This document shows positions 26,224-37,000 of a stretch of 64,000 bases of DNA, piece after piece. How positions within the stretch are numbered: position 1 is the stretch's first letter; each line of letters opens with the position of its first letter. The stretch covers positions 6,373-70,372 of the forward strand of contig CALFTN010000068.1 in assembly GCA_937916395.1 (NCBI GenBank). The letters run 5' to 3'. Origin of the DNA: an uncultured Clostridia bacterium. Lineage in GTDB: Bacteria; Bacillota; Clostridia; Oscillospirales; Acutalibacteraceae. The translations under genes and the position numbers were made by a program. Under the pieces are notes generated by a model, which worked only from the letters and a program-made list of their open reading frames with translations, was not told the DNA's origin and ran no database searches.

Positions 26224-28980
26224 TTATTCTGTTCGAAGTGCTTCTACCGGGTCCTTATTCGCCGCAATTCGTGATGGGAAGAGACCAGCAACAAGTGTTA
26301 ATGTAACACTTATAATTACAAGTGCAAAGCCACCTACAAATGGAAGTGCCGCAGAAGCCGGAATATTTAAAACTTCGTTTAAGATGAAGTTAATTGGTAA
26401 TTGCAAGAACAACGTTGTACCTATACCGATTATACCGGCACCAAGACCAATAACCGTAGTTTCTGCATTGAATACTCTGGCAATATCCTTTTTAGAAGCA
26501 CCAATACTTCTCAAAATACCAATTTCTTTTGTTCTTTCAAGAACAGAGATATAAGTAATAATACCAATCATTATCGAAGAAACAACAAGAGAAATTGCAA
26601 CGAAAGCAACTAAGACATAAGTAACAATATCAATTATTGTTGTAATGCTACTCATAAGAACACCTATAAGGTCAGTGCATTTTACTGCATATTCATCATG
26701 ACCGTCGGCAGTTACTTTTTCGTTATAATAATTTATAAGCTCGTTAAGCTTCTCTTTGCTTTCAAAGCTTCTTGGGTAGAAATAAATAGCGGATGGTGAA
26801 TCAGGTGTTGAATAACCTAATGTTTCAAGTGTTGCAGAAAGCGAATTGTTAGCCGCCATTGTATCAACATAAGCCTGTTTTAATGCTAATACCTGTTCTT
26901 CTGTGAGAAAGCCCTCCATAAGCTTTTTCTGAAGATTTGACATATCATCAAAACCGAACATTGCCATCATATTTGTCATATCCACTTGTGACATATCAAC
27001 TTCCATTTGCTCTACCATTGATAAGAATGGCTGAATATCAAGATAATTGAAATCGATTTTACTTAAATCTACGTCTTTTAAATCAAAATCATTAACAGTA
27101 AGGTTAGAAAATTCCAGACCTGTAATAACGTCGGTTTTTGTATCTTCTAACTGTGCCTTAACTACATCTGTTTTTGCATTCTCTGCAACAACATAGTCCA
27201 TAAGGTCTGTTCTATAACCAATTCCACCTGTACCAATTGAAAGAGTGTTATCTTCGTCAGGTCTTAAAATACCAACAATTTTAAGTGTAAGACCATCTTC
27301 TACAAGGTTTTTAACAAAATAGTCGTTTTCACGGTTATCTTCCCAAAGACCTGTTTTCTTATTTTTGGTATAATAATCACCTGTGTTAACTACTTTAAAT
27401 TCCATATTAAGAATATCATCATAAGAATACTTAGAAACACCCGCACTCTGTAGCTCTTCGCCGTTTGCAAGAGCAGACATAATATGCTTTGAAAATTCTT
27501 CCTGGTCTTTAATACCAAGACCGTAAACAACAAGCTCGTTTATCTGATGGTTAGCATCAACAATTAACACAACTTCTTCTTTGCTCTGGGGAAGCTTGCC
27601 GGCAATAACATCATACTGGCTTTCCATAAGCTTATCGTCACCAATAAGCTCAATCCAAACAGACATCTGTGCCATAGAACCAGCCATAGAAGTCATTGCT
27701 TCCATATCAGCACCCATACTCATGCTTTCCATCATAGTACTTGGGTTAACCTGAACTACACCCTCAGATGTATCTGCTTTATAAATATTGAGGTCTGTGC
27801 TGTATTTATACTGAACATCGTTACAAATCTTGTCGAATTCAGCCTTATTATCTTCAATGTAATTTTTGAAGTTTTTAAGGTTATTTGATGAAGCCTGTGA
27901 AATAAAAGCATTAACCATTTGCATAAATGCTTCATTTACATAAACAGTATCTTCCTCAACATCAATCCCCTGCATTGCTTCCATACCAAGACCTGTTACA
28001 GAAGTCATAATACTACTTATATCCATAGTCTGCTTTTCAACTGACATAGGGTAAGAAAGTAGCATATCTTCCTGAACTTTATCTATATATCCCTGAATAC
28101 CATTAGAAAGTGCTAGAACAAGAGCAATACCGATAATACCAATGCTACCAGCAAATGCAGTTAAAAATGTTCTTGCTTTTTTAGTTTTAAGGTTATTAAT
28201 ACTGAGTGAAAAAGCAGAAGCAAAAGACATAGACGTTTTAGTGCCTTTTGATTGTTCCCTCTCAGCAAAAGCAAGTTCAGCTTGGTAATCTTCTTCTGTT
28301 GGTTCAAATGGATTAGTATCACCAATAACCTCACCATCAAGACATCTTATAATTCTGTTTGAATATTCTTCAGCGAGGTCTGGGTTATGTGTAACCATTA
28401 TTATGAGCTTATCTTTAGAAATTTCTTTTAAAAGCTCCATAATCTGAACACTTGTTTCAGTATCAAGCGCGCCAGTTGGCTCATCAGCAAGAAGAATATC
28501 AGGGTCATTTATGAGTGCGCGGGCAATAGCAACCCTCTGCATCTGACCACCAGACATCTGACTTGGCTTTTTATACATCTGATTTTCAAGCCCAACCTGC
28601 TTTAAAGCCTCCTGAGCACGAGCCCTGCGTTCTTTTTTAGAAACACCTGAAAGTGTTAAAGCAAGTTCAACATTTGAAAGAACCGTCTGGTGTGGAATAA
28701 GGTTATAGCTTTGGAATATAAAGCCTATTGAGTGGTTACGATAAACGTCCCAGTCACTATCCGTAAAACGCTTTGTTGATTTACCATTAATTAAGAGGTC
28801 GCCACTTGTGTAACGGTCAAGACCGCCAATAATATTGAGCATTGTTGTTTTACCACAACCAGAAGGGCCAAGAATTGAAACAAATTCATTCTCTCTGAAA
28901 TTTATGCTGACACCTTTAAGTGCTCTTACTGTGGTATCACCAGTAACATAATCTTTAACTATATTCTTTAAAATTAACAT
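26224..28980 (-). CDS. fused ABC transporter: ATPase + MacB/FtsX-type permease with a large extracytoplasmic domain
   Basis: Walker A GPSGCGKTT, signature SGGQMQR, Walker B LLADEPT. TM1 is followed by a ~480-aa external domain and a C-terminal 3-TM FtsX module. Confidence 0.9.
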   Translation of the reverse strand: MLILKNIVKDYVTGDTTVRALKGVSINFRENEFVSILGPSGCGKTTMLNIIGGLDRYTSGDLLINGKSTKRFTDSDWDVYRNHSIGFIFQSYNLIPHQTVLSNVELALTLSGVSKKERRARAQEALKQVGLENQMYKKPSQMSGGQMQRVAIARALINDPDILLADEPTGALDTETSVQIMELLKEISKDKLIIMVTHNPDLAEEYSNRIIRCLDGEVIGDTNPFEPTEEDYQAELAFAEREQSKGTKTSMSFASAFSLSINNLKTKKARTFLTAFAGSIGIIGIALVLALSNGIQGYIDKVQEDMLLSYPMSVEKQTMDISSIMTSVTGLGMEAMQGIDVEEDTVYVNEAFMQMVNAFISQASSNNLKNFKNYIEDNKAEFDKICNDVQYKYSTDLNIYKADTSEGVVQVNPSTMMESMSMGADMEAMTSMAGSMAQMSVWIELIGDDKLMESQYDVIAGKLPQSKEEVVLIVDANHQINELVVYGLGIKDQEEFSKHIMSALANGEELQSAGVSKYSYDDILNMEFKVVNTGDYYTKNKKTGLWEDNRENDYFVKNLVEDGLTLKIVGILRPDEDNTLSIGTGGIGYRTDLMDYVVAENAKTDVVKAQLEDTKTDVITGLEFSNLTVNDFDLKDVDLSKIDFNYLDIQPFLSMVEQMEVDMSQVDMTNMMAMFGFDDMSNLQKKLMEGFLTEEQVLALKQAYVDTMAANNSLSATLETLGYSTPDSPSAIYFYPRSFESKEKLNELINYYNEKVTADGHDEYAVKCTDLIGVLMSSITTIIDIVTYVLVAFVAISLVVSSIMIGIITYISVLERTKEIGILRSIGASKKDIARVFNAETTVIGLGAGIIGIGTTLFLQLPINFILNEVLNIPASAALPFVGGFALVIISVTLTLVAGLFPSRIAANKDPVEALRTE

Positions 28981-28991
28981 TTCTTGTTACC

Positions 28992-31571
28992 TCAATAATA
29001 AAGTTTCTTTCGATTAAGATAGAAAACTAAACCTACTACTGCACCAAAGAGTGCAACACCACCCAAAATAAAGAAAACTGTGTAATCCTTAGGTGGTTCT
29101 TCGTAAATAATAGTCGGATTATAGGTTTCGCCCTCTTCTAAAGGAACAATTACTCGTTCTTTAAAAAGAAGATTATAGAGCCATTCAATAATCTGGTCAG
29201 TCGTCATTGCTTCAAACTGCTCGAATATCTGCGAAGCGTAAAGTGCAAAACTATCCTCTGCGCCACCACTCATCATTCCGTTTAAAGCACCTTTGTTTTC
29301 AGGCATTTTAAGTGTATCAACAAGGTATCTTAAAACTGTAAGAAGCAAAGCTTCCTTATCAGCTTTTATATAAGTGTAGGTGCTGTTTTTACCATTTAAC
29401 ACCTGCTTACTCTCTTTGGTTTCTGTTTCACCATAAGAATAAAGCACTTTTAAATCTGCACTTTTCAGCTTCAAGCCCAAACCACTCTCTAAAGAGCCTA
29501 AAAGGTCATTCATATTCATTGAAGCTGTTATTGAAGCTGTATCCAACTCCACTTTATAAATTGGTTCAATTTTCTCCAAAAGTGCTGTTACAGGTAAAAG
29601 CAGATTAGTAATACAAACCTCTAAATTGCCACTATCTATAAAATAAACTACATTCGGTAAAATCTCAAGTGCTGTTTTTACTGGTTTTTCAAACAAATCA
29701 TCAAGCAAATCAAAAACAGGAGTAGTAATATTCTTTAAAACTGCATCTTTGCTTGTATCATTTTTATATTGAATGTAAGTTTTTATACTTCTTTCATTAC
29801 ATCCCAATGCTTCAAGAACAGGGATAATCGCTGTGTTGTAGCCATCGCCACCTGTGATTTTAATACTATCCATAAAGGTAATTGTTTTTCCTTTAAGCAC
29901 AAGCTCTAAAAGTGGATAAAGCGGACGAAGCGTTGCAACAAACGCATTTTCAAAACCAACTCTTCTGCCGTTATAAAATCCCCAGTTAACGCCATTAAGA
30001 TTCACTTTTGACCAAGAAGAAGCTTGATTTAAAATCTTTCTTGCTTCACTATAGCTTGTTTCTGTAAGTAAAGCTGCAACACCCTTAGGAGACGCATCCA
30101 CACCCATAACAGAAAGCATTTCTATAAGACCTTCTTTTTCAAGTGTAGAATAAATTCCTACTGCAAAGCTACCGACATTAGCATTGGTATAAATTGTATT
30201 TTCTAAAAGTGTTTCTAATTTTCTGTAATCTGAATATTCAGCTACAAACTCATCAATCAAATCGTCAATACCATTTAAAACTTTTTTGTAATCCTTTTCG
30301 GTTAGATTTGATGTATAAGCAATCTGATTAAAAGTAATAGACGGGAATTTGTATGCTTCTGGCTCTGAAAGCTTACTGTCATTAAAAATAAGAATAATAG
30401 TTTTTACAACGTTTTTTGTATCTGTATCTAAAAGCTTTGTAAGCACATCGGTTGATAAGACTGTGTTTTCATTGTCACCTGTATTAAAGCCCTTAAAAAG
30501 CTCAGGTAACGCTGATTTATTGAGCTTTAAAGCATCCACGAGCCACGACATAATCACTGTGTATGCAAGTGGCTTATTTGGTGTAAAATTCACTCCGTCA
30601 CTACCGCCACATTTGCTTAATGTTTCAAAATCAAGTGGTGGTAACTGAAGCCCTGATTCAGCAGACATAGAAGTTAACGCATCATTTAAAATAACCTCCA
30701 GGTCAAAATTCATTGAATCCAAGTCTATTATTTTAAGTAGAATTGCAAGCCTTATATAAGCATTTTCTTTAACTGGAGCTAAAAGGTTATTAAAACAAGC
30801 ATTTAATTGACCGCTTTCGTTGAAGTATGCAACAGCAGGTAAAAGTGTAACTAATGTGTCTACTGGTTTTTTCTCTAATCTATCAAGAATTGTAAGAGCA
30901 CTCATTAAAATATTATAAATCATTGTACTCTTATCTTCTTTAGCCTCTGCTTTGAATTCTTCTTGTGTTAAAGAAACTTCACAGCCTAAAGCATTAAGAA
31001 ACGGCACTATTGCATTTTCATAACCGTCGCCACCCTTAATACTTGTAATTCCAGCCAGATTATATTTACCCGAACAAAGAAGCATAAACAAAAGATTGTT
31101 AAAAGGACTAAGTGTAGCGCTTACTGCTTTTGAAAAACTCTTTTTATCTGTTACGCCCCATTTAACATTTGTTAAATCAATGGTTTTAAATGAATCTGAA
31201 TCCAAAAGTGCTTTTTGTACTTCTGGGTAATTTCTCAACCCCTTTGCAACACCACTTATTGTTACATCAATACCAATAGCTTTTAAGTCGCCTGCACTTT
31301 CTTCCATAGATGAATAAATCGAAACAAGTAATGATGAAACAACTTCATCACTATAAATCATTGGTTCTATAAGAGTTTTTAAATCTGTTTTAAGGTGATT
31401 TTTTAAAATATATGCCACAAGTTTTTCTGTTCCTGCAACGGCATTCTGCGCTTGCTTTTCTGTTACACCATCCGGATAACTCGCACCAGCAAACGCTACA
31501 ACATTCATACTACTTGCAGAAAAAGCAAGTAACACAGCTAAAATTAAGCATATCAACTTTTTAAATTTCAT
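28992..31571 (-). CDS. secreted, C-terminally membrane-anchored protein with two homologous ~400-aa halves (unknown family)
   Basis: Signal peptide MKFKKLICLILAVLLAFSASS. Internal duplication (GGDGYENAIVPFLNALGCE vs GGDGYNTAIIPVLEALGCN, and more). C-terminal TM followed by RKKLYY. Confidence 0.8.
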   Translation of the reverse strand: MKFKKLICLILAVLLAFSASSMNVVAFAGASYPDGVTEKQAQNAVAGTEKLVAYILKNHLKTDLKTLIEPMIYSDEVVSSLLVSIYSSMEESAGDLKAIGIDVTISGVAKGLRNYPEVQKALLDSDSFKTIDLTNVKWGVTDKKSFSKAVSATLSPFNNLLFMLLCSGKYNLAGITSIKGGDGYENAIVPFLNALGCEVSLTQEEFKAEAKEDKSTMIYNILMSALTILDRLEKKPVDTLVTLLPAVAYFNESGQLNACFNNLLAPVKENAYIRLAILLKIIDLDSMNFDLEVILNDALTSMSAESGLQLPPLDFETLSKCGGSDGVNFTPNKPLAYTVIMSWLVDALKLNKSALPELFKGFNTGDNENTVLSTDVLTKLLDTDTKNVVKTIILIFNDSKLSEPEAYKFPSITFNQIAYTSNLTEKDYKKVLNGIDDLIDEFVAEYSDYRKLETLLENTIYTNANVGSFAVGIYSTLEKEGLIEMLSVMGVDASPKGVAALLTETSYSEARKILNQASSWSKVNLNGVNWGFYNGRRVGFENAFVATLRPLYPLLELVLKGKTITFMDSIKITGGDGYNTAIIPVLEALGCNERSIKTYIQYKNDTSKDAVLKNITTPVFDLLDDLFEKPVKTALEILPNVVYFIDSGNLEVCITNLLLPVTALLEKIEPIYKVELDTASITASMNMNDLLGSLESGLGLKLKSADLKVLYSYGETETKESKQVLNGKNSTYTYIKADKEALLLTVLRYLVDTLKMPENKGALNGMMSGGAEDSFALYASQIFEQFEAMTTDQIIEWLYNLLFKERVIVPLEEGETYNPTIIYEEPPKDYTVFFILGGVALFGAVVGLVFYLNRKKLYY

Positions 31572-31686
31572 AAGCATCACTCTTAACTCATAAAAAGCAT
31601 AGATTTTTCATAATAATATATCAGTTTTATTATACTACTATATAAACAAACAAATGTTAAAAAAATGTTAAAATTAGGAGGTTTTC

Positions 31687-32175
31687 ATGAAAAAATTTCT
31701 AATTTTCCCACTTATTTCTCTCATACTTTTTAGTGGATGCTCAATCATTGAAAACGGAAGTGATTTATCATCTTTTATTTTTAGAATGAATGAAAAAAAT
31801 GAAAGCTACAATATGACAGAAAAAGGTTTTTTGCATATAGACGAAAGCAATACATTTTACAAATTTTTTATTATTGATGAAACAGAGCTTTTATTATCTT
31901 TTAATTCAGATGAAAAAGGACGACTTACAGAAATGAATCTTACTACTTCTTGTTTTTTAAACGAAAGTGATTTGTTATTATCATTTGCTCTGGATACGCT
32001 TTACTGCTTTATAAATAACGCTGAATGTACCAAATCACTTTTAAATGAAACAGATTTTAATAACAATATTATTACAACAAAAAATGAAACTATAAAAGCA
32101 AAAAATGGTAACATCGAGTTACTACTCGATGTTACCGAAATTGGCACTGTTATTACGGTTTATAAGGACATATAG
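31687..32175 (+). CDS. lipoprotein, unknown function
   Basis: Signal peptide with lipobox LFSGC. Confidence 0.7.
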   Translation: MKKFLIFPLISLILFSGCSIIENGSDLSSFIFRMNEKNESYNMTEKGFLHIDESNTFYKFFIIDETELLLSFNSDEKGRLTEMNLTTSCFLNESDLLLSFALDTLYCFINNAECTKSLLNETDFNNNIITTKNETIKAKNGNIELLLDVTEIGTVITVYKDI

Positions 32176-32759
32176 TCTTTTAATTGCGCCGAAAGAAGCG
32201 TTAATGCTTTACCACGATGGCTAAGCTTATCTTTTTCTTCTGCTGACATTTCTGCGAAGCTTTTGTCGCCAACCATAAAGAGTGGGTCATAACCAAAGCC
32301 ACCCTCGCCCTTTCTCTCATAGCCTATAACACCCTCGCACTCGCCTCTTGCAGAGATAATGTCACCATTAGGAAAAACACAACAAACAACCGAAACGAAG
32401 CGTGCTGTTCTTTCATTTTCTGGCACATCAGCCATAAGCTTTAAGAGCTTCTCGTTGTTTTTATCATCATCACCATGTGCACCTGCAAAACGTGCAGAAT
32501 AAACACCTGGAGCTCCCGCTAAATAATCCACCATAAGACCTGAATCATCAGCTACACATGGGTAACCACTTTCTTCACAACCACTCTTTGCTTTTATAAG
32601 AGCGTTTTCATAAAATGTTTCACCATTTTCTTCCGCTTCTGTAAGTGTTAACCCTAACTCGCTATCTGTTTTAACATCTATGCCCAATGGCGCAAGAATT
32701 CTCAAAAGCTCATTTTTCTTCTTTTGATTATGAGTTGCGATTAAAAAAGTTTTTGCCAT
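32160..32759 (-). CDS. rdgB: non-canonical purine NTP pyrophosphatase (RdgB/HAM1)
   Basis: ATHNQKK, SGL.VD and GFGYDPLF motifs. Confidence 0.9.
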   Translation of the reverse strand: MAKTFLIATHNQKKKNELLRILAPLGIDVKTDSELGLTLTEAEENGETFYENALIKAKSGCEESGYPCVADDSGLMVDYLAGAPGVYSARFAGAHGDDDKNNEKLLKLMADVPENERTARFVSVVCCVFPNGDIISARGECEGVIGYERKGEGGFGYDPLFMVGDKSFAEMSAEEKDKLSHRGKALTLLSAQLKDYMSL

Positions 32760-34000
32760 TATTTAAAAAGCCTCCCAAAAAAGCCTTTTTTCTTTTTAGG
32801 CTCATCGTCGTCATCAACTGAAGTCGCACCATCTTCAGTTTCAGCGTCTATTGTGTCAACTTCTTCTTGCATTTCCTCAATTCTCTCATCAATTTCTTCT
32901 GCGACTTCATTTATTTCTTCTTTTACATCTTCTTTAAATTCTTCAATTTCTTCAGAAACATCTTCTTTGATTTCGCTAAATGCTTCAACAACCTCTTCAA
33001 AAATTTCTTTCAATTCGTTACTCTCGTCATTTTCTGGAATCTCTTCTCTGATTCCAGATAAATCAATTTCATCCTCTTTGAAATCCTCTGGCAATGCTTC
33101 AAAAAGACCTTCTGCAAATGCGTGTGGGTTGAATGGCTGTAAATCGTCAATACCCTCACCAACACCTACAAATTTAACAGGAACCTTAAGGTCATTCTTT
33201 ATAGAAAGAACCACACCACCTCTTGCAGTACCATCAAGCTTTGTAAGAATAATACCTGTAATTTCTGCAATTTTAGCAAACTCCCTTGCCTGATTCACTG
33301 CATTCTGACCTGTTGTAGCATCGAGAACCAAAAGCACCTCACGGTCAGAATATGGGAGCTCTCTGTCAATAACTCTGTAAATCTTTGCAAGCTCATCCAT
33401 AAGATTTTTCTTGTTATGAAGACGACCAGCAGTATCACAAATAATAATATCGTTACCTCTTGCCTTTGCAGCAGAAATTGTATCAAATATTACAGCAGCA
33501 GGGTCTGCTCCCTCTTTGTGACTGATAATATCAACTCCTGCACGCTCTGCCCATACTGTAAGCTGGTCAATAGCAGCCGCACGGAATGTATCCGCCGCAC
33601 CAAGAATAACGCTTTTGCCCTCTGCTTTATACATAGCAGCCATTTTACCGATAGTTGTAGTTTTACCTACACCATTAACACCAATAACAAGGATAATCGA
33701 AGGAATGGTAATAAGACCCATATCTTCGCCACCCTCAAGCATTTCGGCAACAATTTCTTTAATTTCAGTCTTAACGTCACTAGGATTTTTAAGACCCTTT
33801 TTTCTTACTCTTTCGTTAAGCCTTTTTGTGATTTCAGAAGCAGTGGTAACACCAACATCACCCATTACGAGTGCTTCTTCAAGCTCATCAAAAAGCTCTT
33901 CGTCAATTGAAGTATAACTGTCAAGAACATTATCAATAGCACCTGACATATTGTTTCGTGTTTTTCTTAAACCGAAGTTTATTTTCTTAAATACGCCCAT
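32759..34000 (-). CDS. ftsY: signal recognition particle receptor FtsY with an unusual acidic C-terminal extension
   Basis: NG domain with GVNGVGKTTTIGK, DTAGR and TKLDG motifs, followed by a ~115-aa E/D-rich tail ending in KKKKGFFGRLFK. Confidence 0.95.
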   Translation of the reverse strand: MGVFKKINFGLRKTRNNMSGAIDNVLDSYTSIDEELFDELEEALVMGDVGVTTASEITKRLNERVRKKGLKNPSDVKTEIKEIVAEMLEGGEDMGLITIPSIILVIGVNGVGKTTTIGKMAAMYKAEGKSVILGAADTFRAAAIDQLTVWAERAGVDIISHKEGADPAAVIFDTISAAKARGNDIIICDTAGRLHNKKNLMDELAKIYRVIDRELPYSDREVLLVLDATTGQNAVNQAREFAKIAEITGIILTKLDGTARGGVVLSIKNDLKVPVKFVGVGEGIDDLQPFNPHAFAEGLFEALPEDFKEDEIDLSGIREEIPENDESNELKEIFEEVVEAFSEIKEDVSEEIEEFKEDVKEEINEVAEEIDERIEEMQEEVDTIDAETEDGATSVDDDDEPKKKKGFFGRLFK

Positions 34001-34022
34001 AACAACACCTGCTATTTATATT

Positions 34023-37000
34023 TTACTCTTCTAAACCGAGTTGTTTTGCCATTTCTGCAGTCTTTAATTCAAGAAGCTTTGAAACGCCCTTTTCCTGCAT
34101 TGTTACACCATAAAGCATATCTGCCTCTTCCATTGTACCACGACGGTGAGTAATAAGAATAAACTGTGTGTCGTCAGTCATTCTTCTTACATAAGAAGCA
34201 TATTTTGCAACGTTAACATCGTCAAGAGCAGCTTCAACCTCGTCAAAAATACAGAATGGACAAGGATTAACTTTAAGAATTGCAAATAGAAGCGCAATTG
34301 CAGAAAGACCTTTTTCACCACCAGAAAGAAGTGAAATATTCTGAACATTTTTGCCTGGTGGCTGAACTTTAATTTCAATATCACTTTCTAAAACATCAAG
34401 CTCATCACTTAATACAAGCGAAGCCTTACCTCCACCGAAAAGCTCTGAGAATGTTTCACCGAAGTTAATATTGATTTTATTAAATTCAGTTCTGAACTGT
34501 TCACCCATTTTACCTGTAAGTTCCTGAATTAACTTAATAAGCTCTGCCTTGGATTTTTCAACATCATTAACCTGAACGTGCATAAATTCATAGCGCTCAG
34601 AAACCTCGCTATACTCTTCAATAGCACTAAGATTAACAGAACCAAGTCCCTTAATTTTTGCTTTGAGTTCATTAAGTCTTTTTCTTGCTTCACTTACATC
34701 TTCAATTTCTATATTCAATTCTTCTGCTTCACGACGAGTTAATTCATACTCCTCATAAAGTCTGTTAGAGATGTTCTCAAGTTCTTGTGACATTGACTCT
34801 TTTCTTTCTGTAAGACGAGCAATTTCACCACTCAATTTTTCTCTTTCTTCTGTCTTTTCACGTTCAAGAATACGAAGCTCAGAACTTATTTTTTCAAACT
34901 CTTCACGTTTCTTTATGAGATTTTCAGTATCAGCCTTAGAAGTGCCACTCTGACTTCTTAATTTACCGGCATCTTCTCTTAACACATCAATGAGCTTTGT
35001 GAGTTCTTCGTTTTTCTTTTCAATCTCCTCAATTTCGCTGTTAAGCTGTGAAAGTCGGTCTTTGTGACTTGTGCTTCTGCCTTTGAGTCTTGCTATTTCC
35101 TCATTCTTTGCCTCTATTTCTTTTTCATTTGTAGCAATAAGAAGATTGATTTCAGAAGCCTTTTGTGTAACTTCTTCACGTTTTAAAAGGAGTGATTCTC
35201 TGTCACCTGTAAGAACAGATAATTTATTTTCGACTGAAGATAGCTCTTCCTGAAGCTTTGTAAGTTCTTCTTCTGCACTTTTCGCATTATCTTTGATATA
35301 GGTTTTTCTTTTTATGAGATTTTCTTTTTCTTCATCAGCTTCATTTTTAGAATTAAGAATTGCCTCTAACTGACCTTTCTTTAGTGCTAAAACACCTTCC
35401 ATTCTGATTTTTTCTTCACCAGTAAATGCAATTTCTGCCTTACAGCCCTCAAGCTCTGCCCAAAGAGATGAATAGTTTTCTTGTTGTTCTGCAACATCTT
35501 TTACAGCAAGCTCTAATTTTTCTTCAAGCTCTTTACATTCAGCAGTTAATTTTTCAATCTGATTTGCACGGCTTAAAATACCAGCATTCTGAAGACGAGC
35601 ACCACCAGTCATTGAACCACCAGCATTAACAACCTGTCCATCAAGAGTTACAACCTTGAATTTATAAGAATATTTCTTAGCAATTTCTACTGCTGAATCA
35701 AGGTCCTCGCTGACAACTGTTCTGCCTAAAAGTGAAGTAATTACACCTTTATACTTACTGTCATATTCAACTAATTCTGATGCTAAATTTATATAACCAT
35801 AGCAGTCATCAAGACCCTTTTCACTAAGCTCGTTACCTTTAACAGAAGTAAGTGGTAAGAATGTTGCACGACCTGCTTTGCTTTCTTTAAGGAAATTAAT
35901 AGCCTTTTTAGCATCGTTTTCAGTATCAGTAATAATATTCTGAATTGCAGCACCTAAAGCAGTTTCAACTGCTAACGCATATTTATCTTTAACAGAAATT
36001 ATCTGAGAAACAGGAGCATGAATACCTTTTAAAACGTTATGTTTTACTTCACGCATAACTGCTTTAACACTACCCTGATAACCCTCCATATTCTTTTCTA
36101 AATCCGTGAGCATTGCTACTCTTGAATTTTTAATATGAAGGTCATTTCTTAAAGAGTTTTCATTTTCTTTTAAAGCGTTTAATTTCTGGAGACGTTTTTC
36201 TGCTAAAAGTTCAATACCTGAAAGCGAATTATTCAAATCATTATTCTTTTCAGTTACTTTATTCAATTCTTCTTGTGCCTCATTTTTAGCCTTTTCCAAC
36301 TCGTCTAAAATTGGCTTTCTCTGAGCTTCTGCTTCGTCGATAACTTTAATTCTGTTGTCAATTTCTTCAATAGAAGAAGCTGCAGTTGATACTAAAACAC
36401 GCTTATCAGCGATAGAAAGCGAAAGGGCAGACACTTTTTCAGAAAGTTCTACACTCTCTGCTGCACTTTCAGTATTTTTACTGGTAATCAACTCAATTTC
36501 GTTTGAAAATTCCTGAAGCTCTTCTTCCTTTGTTTTAATAGCAGACTCAAGAAGCTTAATTGCTAAATTTGTTGAAGCAATCTGCTCATTGATTTCTGCT
36601 TCAGTTTCGTTTTCATTCTCTTTGTCACGTTCAATTCTTTCAATAGCTTCTTTGTTATGTAAAATACTGTTTTCGTGAACCAAAGCCTGACTTTCAATCA
36701 AAGCTGCTTGCTCTTCAAGCTGTGAAGATGCTCTGTGAATTTCGTCAACCTCAATTGTAATCCTCTGTGTTTCATAGATTGCATTGTCAATTTTCTTTGC
36801 AGCATCCTCTAAAACATGGCAAACATCAGTATACTGTGTTTCAGCTATAGTTATTTTCTTTTCTTGTTCGCGTAAAGTATTCTTTGTTTTTTCTAAAGTA
36901 TGAAGGCAAAGACCTATATCAAGGGTTTTCTTTTCTTCTGAATATTCAAGAAACTTTTCAGCCTTTTCTTTCTGAGCCTTCAAAGGACCAACACGTGTTT

